Positions 41,931 through 53,836 of a DNA stretch of 64,000 nt are shown here, piece by piece. A model generated the notes under the pieces. The model did not search any database. It was not told the DNA's origin and saw only the letters and a list, made by a program, of their open reading frames with translations. Source of the DNA: Octopus sinensis (lineage: Eukaryota); assembly GCF_006345805.1 (NCBI RefSeq), contig NC_043019.1:24303360-24367359 (forward strand), in the 5' to 3' direction. The position numbers and the translations under genes were made by a program. How positions within the stretch are numbered: the first letter of the stretch is position 1; every line of letters starts with the position of its first letter.

Positions 41931-42028
41931 TTCCTTTACTTTCGACATATGTTTCGAAGACAACATGGTTTTATTCCAAAGGAATAAACGGTGTAAGATG
42001 CAATCTTCTCATCAGGAAAGAAAGAGAC
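41931..42028 (-). ncRNA. Type I hammerhead ribozyme (all core nucleotides present)
   Basis: Minus strand: ctttc-CUGAUGA-gaagau[insert]gucuuc-GAAAC-auau-GUC|gaaag. Stem I is CUUUC/GAAAG, stem II is GAAGAU/GUCUUC, stem III is short and palindromic (ACAUAUGU). Predicted cleavage is between 41944 and 41943. Confidence 0.85.
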
Positions 42029-42096
42029 CCTCTCTCAACAACATGACATTATTGCAATTACGATGACTGCCTACATGGTAAACAGAACGTTACTAA

Positions 42097-42190
42097 CTCT
42101 CTTTCTTTCCTGATGAGTAGATTGCATCTTACACCGTTTATTCCTTTGGAATAAAACCATATTGTCTTCGAAAGTAAACGAATTTTATTG
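42097..42190 (+). ncRNA. Inverted, inactivated copy of the hammerhead (stem III and cleavage site deleted)
   Basis: ctttctttc-CTGATGA (42110-42116)-...gtcttc-GAAAgtaaacg. The 12-nt catatgtcgaaa is missing between two tcgaaa repeats. Confidence 0.75.
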
Positions 42191-42370
42191 TTTGTTCCCC
42201 CACCATCGGTTAGAAACCGATGTTTTAGTGTTTACGTCCCCATAACGTAGCATTTCGTCAGAAGATATCGATAGATAAGCAACAGGCTTACAAAGAAGAA
42301 GTCCATGGGTCGATTACTTCAACTAAAAGGCGGTACTCCAGCATGGCTCTACTCAAATGACTTAAACAAG
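42190..42370 (+). mobile_element. 3' half of the 8806-family SINE
   Basis: Contains gtttacgtccccataacgtagc and ggcggtactccagcatggc. Confidence 0.8.
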
Positions 42371-42546
42371 TAATACAGTAAACATATATATATATATGCG
42401 TGTGTGGCTATATATATGGATATAATATATATATAAAATATATAATATATATATATATATAGATATATATATATATAATATATATATATATATATAGATA
42501 TATATATATATATAGATATATATATATATATACATATATATATACA

Positions 42547-43187
42547 TATCTTTAACTTTTGACCTGAACATTTAAAAAATAATTTTGTAACGAAACACTT
42601 TCAAACTTCGGGTACTGGTAGAATGTGTCATATAAAACATGTTTTACTCTTAGCATTTTTGAGAAAAACTTATATTTACGAAGATATTTCACCTTAATTT
42701 CTCGTATTTCGGTAATTTCAACCAATCAATGAGGTGTATTCAGCTGAATACAATTACTTCTGTTGTACTGCAGTTGCTTGTAAACAAGAACGGTGTATAT
42801 TTCGTTTGTCACTGTCATTTATGACAAACCTAACCCTAAAACCCTAACCCTAACCCTAAAATCCTAACCTTAACCCTAAAACATTAAAACCAGTACAAAC
42901 GCACGAACAATGTCATACATAACAGTGACAAACAAAAAATACACCACTGATAGTTGTTGTTGACAAACAACGGCAGTAATTTTATTCAGCTGAATACACG
43001 TCATTGACTGGTTGAAATTACCGAAATACGAGAATTTGAAGGTGAAATATCTTCGTAAATACAAGTTTTTCTCAAACATGCTACGAGTAAAACGTTTTAT
43101 ATGACACATTCTACCAGTTTCCGAAGTTTGAAAGTGTCTAGTTACAAAAAATTATCTTTTAAATCTGTAGGTCAAAAGGTAAAATCC
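42547..43187. mobile_element. Fold-back MITE with about 280-bp TIRs and central telomeric (CCCTAA)n
   Basis: Arms at about 42547-42826 and 42912-43187 are reverse complements. CCCTAA-like repeats occupy 42828-42880. It sits in a TA microsatellite, so no TSD is resolvable. Confidence 0.85.
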
Positions 43188-43224
<37 letters not shown>

Positions 43225-43383
43225 TGATACACACACACACATATATATATGTGTGTGTGCTTGTGTATACTCAATATATTTCAAAGCGTCGAAATACTCC
43301 GCAGCATATTTAGGTGCATTCATACACGCAAGATATAATTTTAAAAAAATAAATATATAATATATTTAATGTACTTGCAAGTT

Positions 43384-43869
43384 ATATTATAATATGCGGA
43401 TCGTGAGTGTATAGCGGTAATCCAAATAGATGAGGAAGTTGGTATAAAATTATTTTAAAAGGAATCCTGAGGAGGTGCAAAGTCTGACGGCCGTTTTGAG
43501 ATGTAGTTGGTATGGGCGAGTTCATTCCAACCATAACAGTCATCTATATTTCTCTCGTCAGAGTTAATCTACATGATTTATAAAAGAGTTATTTAAATCT
43601 TCATTTTAAGCAACATGAGAAATTTAAGAATTTTAAAAATCGAATGCTGTTTCGAAACATACTGTTCAGGCGTGTGTGTGATTAACTCTCATGAGAAAAA
43701 TATAGATGATTTTTATGGTTGGAATTAACTCGCGCATACCAACCTATATTATCTCAAAACGGCCGTCAGACTTTGCACCTGCTCAAAATTCCTTTTAAAA
43801 TCATTTTATACTAACTTTCTTATCTATGTGGATTACCGCTATACATTCACCATTCGCATATTTTAATAT
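43384..43869. mobile_element. MITE with about 170-180-bp TIRs
   Basis: gtgagtgtatagcggtaatcc...gcaaagtctgacggccgttttgagat on the left is mirrored by atctcaaaacggccgtcagactttgcac...ggattaccgctatacattcac on the right. Confidence 0.8.
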
Positions 43870-44199
43870 CCTCATTGATTTTAATACGGTCATGCAACCC
43901 TGCAAGTACATTTATGCATTTTTATATAATTATATATTTGTAAATTTTTATATTACTTCTTGTGTATATGAATGCACCTATGTTTGCTGTGGAATATTCC
44001 AACGCTTGGAAATATATTGAGTGAATATGAACACTGACCTTTGAAACTTGTTTGTCTGTCCTTGTTTGTCCTCTCTGTGTTCCTTGGTTTTATATTCCTG
44101 AGGCTCTATTAGAGCGCTAATTAGTTGTGCTGTATAAGGAGATAATTATCCCATTTATTTCTTCATTATCTATATATTCTGTTTATTTCCGTCACAGGT

Positions 44200-44465
44200 C
44201 AGTGGCCATCCTGGGACACCACCTTGAAGAATTTTTAATCAAATGAATCGAGCCCAGTACTCATTTTTAAAGTCTTAGTATTGATTTTGCCAGTCACTTT
44301 TGCCGAATCACTAAATTACGGGGACAGACCAACACCAGTAGTCATACGGTGGTGGGGGATAGGCACAGAGACAAAGACACATACACACCCATAAATACGC
44401 ACACATACACATACATACGATGGGTTTCTTTCAGTTTCTGTCTATCAAATTCAGTCACAAGGCAT
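44200..44465 (-). mobile_element. Partial, diverged 8806-family SINE
   Basis: Reverse complement of the central and tail motifs (tttcagtttctgtctatcaaattc and gtggccatcctgggacaccacc). Confidence 0.7.
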
Positions 44466-44553
44466 CTAAAAGATTAAATAGGAATAATAAATATATATGC
44501 ATGCGTATACATGTTTGTCTGTATTAATGTCTCCACACACACAAACAAACAAA

Positions 44554-44592
<39 letters not shown>

Positions 44593-44772
44593 CATCCTTC
44601 GAATTAAGAACAACTTTAGTAATATCAACATCGTGGGCTCTACATACATAATGTATGTGTATTGTTAAACGTCCATTTGCTGCAACATAGCGTCCAAGAA
44701 AAACTTCCAACGCAATACTTCTCGACCATCGCCATTTCAGGGCGATATATATATATATATATATAGTATATA

Positions 44773-44854
<82 letters not shown>

Positions 44855-44943
44855 TATATGTAGTATGTACATATGTAATGTACATTAATATTATTATATG
44901 ATCGAAGGCCACGCATCCATTTCCATGTAAGTTTTATCTTTTA

Positions 44944-44996
<53 letters not shown>

Positions 44997-45189
44997 ATTG
45001 TTTATCTATTTTTCGTAGCATCGCGTAATATCTACATATTACATCGCGTAATATCTACAGGTGAGGATAGAAAATCTTCAAACGTTAATGGAAGGTTGAG
45101 GTGAGGAAAACTAGTGGTTCAAAGTGAACATATGTGATTGATGATAAAATACGAAAATCTCTTAATAAAGACGTATTTGAAATATTCAT

Positions 45190-45790
45190 TTTAAATTTTG
45201 GGGAAGGTGGTAAGTTGATTACAACGACTCCAGTTTTCAACTGATATTTATTTTATTGACTACGAAAGGGTGAAAAGCAAAATCGGCCTCGGCGAAATTT
45301 GAACTTAGATCACAAAGAAGGGCGAAAGCCGCTAAACAGCTTGCCCGGTGCGGTTATGATTCTGCCAGTACCCTGGCTTGATTAATCGAAATATTCTTTT
45401 CTACTCTAGGAACAATGCACATATTTTGGGGGGAGGGCGCTAGTCGACTATATCGATCCCAGTACGCAAATGGTACCTAATTTATCGACCCCGAAAGAAT
45501 AAAAGGAAAGGTCGGCGGAATTTGAACTCAGAACGTAAGACAGACGAAATAGCTATTTCTTTACTACCCACAAGGGGCTAAACACAGAGAGGACAAACAA
45601 GGACAGACAAACGGACTAAGTCGATTACATCGACCTCAGTGCGTAATCGGTACTTAATTTATTGACCCCGAAAGGATGAAAGGCAAAGTCGACCTCGGCG
45701 GAATTTGAACTCAGAACGTAACGGCAGACGAAATACGGCTACGCATTTCGCCCAGCGTGCTAACGTTTCTGCCAGCTAGCCGCCTTGATT
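45190..45790 (-). mobile_element. Head-to-tail cluster of about 3 SINE copies (5090 family)
   Basis: Repeated cggcggaatttgaactcagaacgtaa and tttatcgaccccgaaag motifs. Confidence 0.85.
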
Positions 45791-45916
45791 AGTCGGAATA
45801 CTTCCGTGTCTTGAATAAAGCACGTTTCAAAAAACAAAAAGAGCAGCTTGAATAAAAATTTATCAAATTATATATATATATACATACACACACACAAGCA
45901 TATATACGCATATATA

Positions 45917-46260
45917 CGGAAACCGGGAGACTGGCCCTATGAATCTATATGACTCGGCAAGGAATTTTTATTAGCTTTACTACTTTTATACTCACACACA
46001 CACACACACATACACACAGAGGTTTATATGTATATATTTATGGGCGTGTTTCTCTCTATATATATATATGTGTGTATATGTATGCACATGAATACATACA
46101 CACACATCTATATAATGATAAACACGCACATAAATATATACATAAAAACCTCTGTGTGTGTGTGTGTGTGTGAGTATGTGTGTGAGTATAAAAGTAGTAA
46201 AGATAATAAAAATTCCTTGTCGAGTCATATAGATTCATAGGGCCAGACTCCTGGTTTCCG
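45917..46260. repeat. About 344-bp near-perfect palindrome (fold-back duplication of a SINE tail and flanking microsatellite)
   Basis: cggaaaccgggagactggccctatgaatctatatgactcggcaagg is mirrored by ccttgtcgagtcatatagattcatagggccagactcctggtttccg. The centre is near 46088 with an approximately 8-nt loop. Confidence 0.9.
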
Positions 46261-46455
46261 GGGCGTATATATTTCCCGCCTGGTCGGGACGCTGGTTCGT
46301 CGCAGAGTTACTCATCTTTGACAGCTGGGTGAGCTGGAGCAATGTGAAATGAAGTGTTTTGCTCAAGAACACAACGCGTCGCACAGTCCAGGAATCGAAA
46401 CTACAATCAAATAGAAGAGTCCAACACCTGAACCACTAAACCGCGCGCTTCCACC
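46230..46455 (-). mobile_element. tRNA-derived SINE (third family)
   Basis: Minus-strand head ggaagcgcgcggtttagtggttc...gtttcgattcctggac and body gttgtgttcttgagcaaaacacttcatttcac. Confidence 0.8.
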
Positions 46456-46528
46456 AATAAAAATATAAACAGTTATATATATATGCTTACATATATAGAC
46501 ATTTATATATACATACTACTCATAACAC

Positions 46529-46579
<51 letters not shown>

Positions 46580-46588
46580 TATATATAG

Positions 46589-46628
<40 letters not shown>

Positions 46629-47054
46629 CATGTGCATACACACACGTATGCATACACGCCCTCTTACTGATATACTAACAAGCACAATGTTAGATATAGA
46701 ATTCAGAGAATGACAGAACAATTTCCGAAGCATCCTATTTATAGTTTTCCATTATTTAAGACTGCAACAGTATTTTATCAAGTCAGTCCGCGTACATGTA
46801 ACTATTCACATGAACTCATTCACAAACAGCACTCTCACACACACAGAGACACACATACATAGTTACGTAAATATAAATGTAAGTATATATATATGGGGGT
46901 GTCTGTTTACATGTGTTAAATCATATAGGTATAATTTAATACGTATTTACATATAAATATGTGTGTGTGAGTGAGAGAGAGAGTATGCACATATATATAT
47001 ACCTATTTGTATACATAATGCAAACACGAGTATATATGTATATATTATCAACAA

Positions 47055-47200
47055 GCTTCTTTCAGTTTTCGCCCATCAAATCTACTCACAAGCATTTGGT
47101 CGGCTCGGGGCTCGGGTAGAAGACTTGCCCAAGATACCACACACTTGGACTGAACCCGGTACCATGCAGTTGGGAAGCAAACATTTTACTAGACTACCAC
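47055..47200 (-). mobile_element. 5' half of an 8806-family SINE
   Basis: Reverse complement of the head and central motif (agaagacttgcccaagatacc and actgaacccgg). Confidence 0.8.
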
Positions 47201-47344
47201 ACCTATATACGTATGTATATGTTATGTATATATATATATGTGTGTGAGTGTGTGTGTTTGTTTGTTTGTTTGTTTGTTTGTTTGTGTGTGCGTGTGTTAT
47301 GTGTATGTTGTGTATGTGCGTGTATTGTGTGTGTGCATGCATTC

Positions 47345-47381
<37 letters not shown>

Positions 47382-48594
47382 CACACATGCACATTTCTAT
47401 ATTGCATACGTTTGCCTGCTTTCATGTAGTTAAATGTGTATTTATATGTATATATTTGTATGTATGATCAGCTTAGATATTCAATAAGAGGATACGCATG
47501 TGTGCGTGAGTGCATTTGTGTGACTTTGTGTTCGATCATATCTGTGTGAAGGCACACATGCAAGTGTGCGTTTATGCGTCGATCTGCGTGTGAATACTTA
47601 CATATAAGCTGTAACATAAAAAATTTATATCTAACAAACTTTACTCCATCTCAGATTGCACAACACTATATTCCACCTGGCTTCATTTCACTTAGTTGAC
47701 TTTCTATCACTGTTTCTCTGGTAAAGCTTCTTACTCTCTGTAGCTTATATATCACATTACTCTTGATAATAACCAGACAAATGTTTCTATATGCTGGAGA
47801 GAGACTTTAACATTATAAATTCAATAGATATATGTGTATCTAAGTTCTCATGAGGTAAGGGTACACTTTATCCAATGGACATCTGCATGGTTTACGTCCA
47901 CCTAAATTCATGCAGAAAAATTGAATCGGCCTGATATTGTACTGAACGACATTTATCCAACATACTAGGAAGGATCCGTTATCTCAAGAACTCTAATCGA
48001 ACTTCTTAACTATTCAGATTTATGCTCACGAAAAAATGCGACTCACTACAGATTGGAACTCTAGAATGACAGTATCTTCTGCTTTTGCCGTATTCTGATT
48101 TCTGAGCGTTAAATGGCTGGTAAAGAAGTCCTTGAAATATTCCAAGGTTGTATTGCTCGTTGTTTTTTTCTTCTTTTTTGTTCATTTGTTTATAGTATAT
48201 TACAAAGAGGTCTTTCTTGAGTGGATTTTATATCATTGGGTTCTTTGTTGTCATCTATATATTTGGATCCTCAGTGAACTTGGTGAGAAAGACTGTTCAT
48301 ACAACTGGGAACATATCTGAACGTAAAGTCACAAACAATTATCACCACATCTGGTTTTTTTTTAGAGACTTTACTGAGAGACAGCATTCAAAGGTTTTAA
48401 TCTGAATATGCCGATATTTTAATGAAAATAAAACTGCAAATTTTCATAGTAATTTGTATTCATTTTATCAGTTTTACACGCGCGCGCGCACACACACACG
48501 CATATGTGTACAAACATACGCACACACATATAAATAAAATTCAGTACCATGTATTTGTTTTGAAAATATGTATGTGAGTGTGTGTGTATGTATA

Positions 48595-48643
<49 letters not shown>

Positions 48644-48950
48644 ATATATATATGTAAATGTACGTAAGTACGTATATATATGTATATATGCACATATATA
48701 TGTATACATACATGTGTGTACATATATATGTATACATACATGTGTGTATATATATATATATGTATATTATATGTATATATATATATATAAGTATCTATAT
48801 ATATGTATATGTATATATATGTACATATGTATATATATATGTATATATATATATATGCATATATATGTATATATATGTATATATATGTATATATATTGTG
48901 TGTATATATGTATATACGTATATCTATATGTGTATATGTATATACGTATA

Positions 48951-49026
<76 letters not shown>

Positions 49027-49408
49027 GTGTGTGTGTGTGTGTGTGTGTTGTGTGTATATATAATATATATATAAAGAACAAAGAAAATGGTGATAAGATT
49101 GAACAACAATGTATTTGCATCAATTATTATTTATTAATAATTTACAAAAAGACTGCATCACATATATGTGTGTATACATATGTACACACGTACACACACA
49201 CACGCCACACACGCACACCACACACACACACACAACACACAACACACACACAACACACTATATATATATATATATATACATAATTTATATAAATATGGAT
49301 AGGATCGTTATTTAAATATCGATCATATCAAGTGGCCAGCATGGAAATAAAGACCTTCAAAGGTAATACTTATTATTAAAATTATAATTTAGGGTATCTA
49401 AGAGATAC

Positions 49409-49474
<66 letters not shown>

Positions 49475-49715
49475 TAAAGTAAATTCGATCATTTCTGTCA
49501 TTACGTAGAGATATAATGTACACTTTTCTCTCTTTTTGATCTGATATTTAGCAGGTGCCTCGTGTTAATGGATGGCAAATGCGTAACCTTGTTGCTGAAA
49601 TATAATGCATGTAAAGCAGGCTCGGAAGGGTTGTCATATATATCTATTTATAAATGCATGAACATATTATTTACATACCTATTATGTATATGTATATGTG
49701 TGCGTGTGCAGAGTA

Positions 49716-49749
<34 letters not shown>

Positions 49750-49984
49750 ATGTAGGATAAAATTTTTCGAAAAAAATTCTATCAATGGCCAGCATATTAA
49801 AAAATACCTTTAAAGGTTAAATTTATAAACATTTTATAAGATCCTAACCCTCTTCCGACTTCCTTTCTAGGTAGGTATAATCTTGTAACTCCTACCTTTG
49901 GGTGGAGTTTTCCATTCATATTGAATTCCTTCCTAGTTCTTCTATCTAGCTTTGCTAATTCAGTTTTTGTCCAATCTAAAGGTA

Positions 49985-50302
49985 TGCGCTACAACCATAT
50001 GTGCGCGACATGGTGACTTCATATCTAAATAAACGGCGCATGACCCAGTTAGAATTTTCGCTAAAAGGATTCTTAAATAAGGGTTGTTTATTGATGCTGA
50101 ACAAAACACCAATGTTTCAAGAGGTGAATTATTCAAACCCAAAACAATTCTTCCCAACATGTGACTATCCTTCTCCTCGACAACTTCTGCTCGTAATCAG
50201 AAACGCACAAATCGTCGGCCAAGAAGGGATATGCTCATCTGGTTAAGGGGAAGCAATCGACAAGCAAACCTATAGCATTGAGCAGAATATTTGTTGTAGC
50301 CA
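49985..50302 (-). mobile_element. Diverged internal fragment of the 563-bp TAA-flanked repeat
   Basis: caaccatatgtgcgcgacatggtga...gagcagaatatttgttgtagcca is the reverse complement of about 53255-53600. Confidence 0.8.
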
Positions 50303-50304
50303 TG

Positions 50305-50338
<34 letters not shown>

Positions 50339-50559
50339 TGTATGTATGTATGTATGTATGTATGTATGTATGTATGTATGTGTATGTATGTATTATGTAT
50401 GTACGTATATGTGTGTATATATGTATGTGTATGTATGTATGTATGTATTTATGCATGGATGTATGTGTGTATGTATGTGTATATATGTATGTGTGTATGT
50501 ATGTATGTATGTATGTATGTATGTATGTATGTATGTATGTATGTATGTATGTATGTATG

Positions 50560-50960
50560 CATGTATGTATGGTGCCAAGTCGGCTTCGCTGGCCACAGCA
50601 TTTGCTCCTTTCTCCTAGTGCTTTCACCATGCTGTTCCAAACCTTTTTCTTAAAACATCTTCCCACCTGATTGAAGGTCTTCCGAGTGTTCTCTTCCGTT
50701 CGCGCGGGTACCACTCGAGAACTGCACAGGTCTATGGATACTCTGTGAACCATGCGATATGACCAAACTGTCGTAGCTTTCCGTGTTGTTATTCTGTGAC
50801 GACCTCTTCACTCCATTTCTATTCCTGATTTCCTCATTCCGTATCTGACCTCTTAGCGAGATTCCCAACATTGACTTTCCATGGCTCTCTGCGCCGTAAA
50901 CAGATGTTACTCTTCTCTGTTTATCAAGGTCCAAGTCACAGGCCCATATAGCATTTATTC
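50560..50960 (-). mobile_element. 3' fragment of an RTE-like LINE
   Basis: MLGISLRGQIRNEEIRNRNGVK followed by a WYPR/GRP-type C-terminus. The 3' end runs into (TACA)n. Confidence 0.75.
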
Positions 50961-50974
50961 TTCTTTTTGTTTCA

Positions 50975-51138
50975 GTCATTTGACTGCAGCCATGCTGGAG
51001 CACCGCCTCTAGTCGAACATATCGACCCCAGAACTTATTGTTTGTATGTCTAGTACTTATTCTATCGGACTCTTTTGTCGAACCGCTAAGTTACGGGGGC
51101 GTGAACATACGAAAATCGGTTGTGAAGAGATGGTGGGG

Positions 51139-51171
<33 letters not shown>

Positions 51172-52200
51172 CACACACACACGCACACACACAAATACGC
51201 ACACATATTTGACGGGATTTTCTCAGTTCCATCTACCAAATACACTCACACGGCTTTGGTAGGTATATAGTAGATATTTGCCTAAGGTGTCACGCAGTAC
51301 CTGGATCCATGTGGTTGGGAAGCAAGTTTCGGATCTTTTCCTTTTGAACGGCACTTTTCAACACAATTTCTAGTTAACTAAACACTTTAAAACTTCGTAT
51401 ACTGGTAGAATGTGTCAAAATAAAACATTTTTTCTCTTGGCTTTCTTGAGAAAATTGTAATTTGTAAGTTTAACGTAGTTTAATTTTTCGAATTTTAACC
51501 AATCAATTGCCTCTAGTGAGCTAAAATCATTTGCTGCATCTAAAACTGAGACAACATCCTGTCACTAACCCTAATCCTAACCCTCACCCTCACCCTCACC
51601 CTAACCCTTACCCTAAATTTTAGCCTTTCATTTTTTTTTTTTTGATTGTTAAATTAATTTAAGGATAACAATTAAGAAGAAAAAAACGAAAGGCTAAAAC
51701 GAAAGCAATGGAAAGTAATTTAAACAATTAACAAACAAAATAATTCTATAATTTTATACTCACGCTTTCCGTACGTATACATAACGAAAGGCTAAAACGA
51801 AAGCAAAAACTCAAAACAAAAACAAAACGAATAATTTTAGACACACGCGTAACAATTAAATTAATTTAACAATTAAGAAAAAAACCGAAAGGCTAAAATT
51901 TAGGGTTTGGGTTAGGGTGAGGGTGAGGGTTCGGGTTAGGGTTAGTGACAGGATGTTGTCTCAGTTTTAGACGCAGCAAATGATTTTAGCTCACTAGAGG
52001 CATTCATTGGTTAAAATTCGAAAAATTAATCTACGTTAAACAAATTACAATTTTCTCAAGAAAGCCAAGAGAAAAAAAATGTTTTATTTTGACACATTCT
52101 ACCAGTATACGGAGTTTTAAAGTGTTTAGTTAACTAGAAATTGTGTTGAAAAGTGCCGTTCAAAAGGAAAATATCCCAAGTTTCTACTCACACAACCAAT
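50975..52200 (-). mobile_element. 8806-family SINE interrupted in its tRNA head by the 51331-52176 MITE
   Basis: SINE body at 50975-51330. The head resumes at 52177-52200 (caagtttctactcacacaacc). Confidence 0.8.
51331..52176. mobile_element. 846-bp fold-back MITE with about 300-bp TIRs bearing telomeric repeats and an 8-bp TSD CAAGTTTC
   Basis: Termini GGATCTTTTCCTTTTGAAC and GTTCAAAAGGAAAATATCC. CAAGTTTC at 51323-51330 and 52177-52184. CCCTAA/CCCTCA repeats at 51566-51616 and TTAGGG/TGAGGG repeats at 51900-51945. Confidence 0.93.
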
Positions 52201-52918
52201 GTCTGTGCCTACATGGATAGATTTATACAATAAAATAGTTTTAGTCAGATGCTTATGTGTTTCTTTCACGGTCAAGGAACTCGTATAGCATCACGAAATT
52301 CCAGCTTATTTGCTGTTTTGAAGTGTGATAGGAAGTGGGAAGTTAGGAGCCTTGTGCAGTATATAAATTTGTGGTGGAGAGTCGTAATAAGACAGAGAGC
52401 GAATGACTCAAAATAGTTGAGACTGTTGTTTATTTCCCAAGCATTTCTATTTGAGTCAAATGTTAATCAAAGATATCACAGTTATATCCGCCACATGAAA
52501 CTTGCGCCAAAAATCCTCGCATGGACTTAATTTGTCTCACAGATCTTGGATTAGTTCCTCCCTTACAGATCATACTATCGCGATGTCTGTTCATTGTGTT
52601 CTCTTAGACCCACATTCTGTGAACTTGAATGTTCCTCGCATTGCTCTTCCTACCACTACCACATCTGATCTCGGACGTGATTACTAGTCACGTGCAATTC
52701 TCGAATTCTTCTCTTCTATCCACATCACCCACTCATATTGTTTTCACACGCCGACCCCAGCACTGAAACCTACACCCAGTCATTTATTCTAAGAACTTTG
52801 TTTTGAAATCGTTCAGATGCAACATTTCAAGCAGAAACGTAACGCCATCTTGCCACTCTTCCAGAGCTAGGAAAAATCATGGGGACATGGGTATAGGCTA
52901 TTCTTCTCGACCAAACTC

Positions 52919-52919
<1 letters not shown>

Positions 52920-52998
<79 letters not shown>

Positions 52999-53068
52999 GC
53001 TTCTGCTGCTGCTGCTACGACTACTATTAACAATAATGATGCTACTACTAATAATAATGATGATGATG

Positions 53069-53153
<85 letters not shown>
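52920..53153. repeat. Compound (TAC)n/(TGC)n/(TGA)n/(TAA)n microsatellite
   Basis: Read directly from the sequence. Confidence 0.95.
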
Positions 53154-53157
<4 letters not shown>

Positions 53158-53716
53158 GCCCTGATGCAGTACCAGGTAGTAGCTCTCGTGGCTTCTGATC
53201 CTAACTGATTGGAAGTGATATCATGTACATTGTTTTGTCTTGGTATAAAAGATGGGCTACAGCAAATATTCTGCTAAGTACCACAGATTTTTCTTGTCAG
53301 TTGTTTGACCTTAACCAGTTGACCATGTTCCTTAGTGGCTGATGATATGTGCATCTCTGATCACGGGCAGAAGTAGTGGGGGAGCATCATAGCCATTTGT
53401 TGAAAGAAATTCTTAGAGGTTTGGATAATTTACCTTTGGAAACATGGGTGGTTCGTTCAACATCCTTAAACAATCTTTATTCAGGGACCTTTTGAGCGGG
53501 ATAGACTACTCGACTTGAAGAAAATTCTAACTGGACCCCACCTGCAAGGTCATGCGCTGTTTAACTTGATATAAGATCACCATGTCGCGCACATATGGTT
53601 GTAATGCATGTGCCTAGTGTACCCTTATCAGACGGGTAGTCATGATGGGTATACTGGGCTTCGTATTGACATTTTACCCCAATGTCACTTTGATCGCATG
53701 CACTGCTCTCTCACAC

Positions 53717-53781
<65 letters not shown>

Positions 53782-53784
53782 TAA

Positions 53785-53836
<52 letters not shown>

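Noticed and set aside
42828-42880. Telomeric repeats as evidence of a chromosome end or fusion site (also 51566-51945)
   Set aside because: The tracts are short, degenerate and inside TIR elements; the CCCTAA...TTAGGG orientation is opposite to an end-to-end fusion.
45190-45790. Regularly recurring motif resembling a CRISPR-like array
   Set aside because: The units are about 200-bp SINE copies in eukaryotic DNA, not short repeats with unique spacers.
53154-53240. Possible HDV-like ribozyme at the 5' end of the 563-bp element
   Set aside because: Only one hairpin (ttctgatc/gattggaa) was found; a nested double pseudoknot could not be built by eye.
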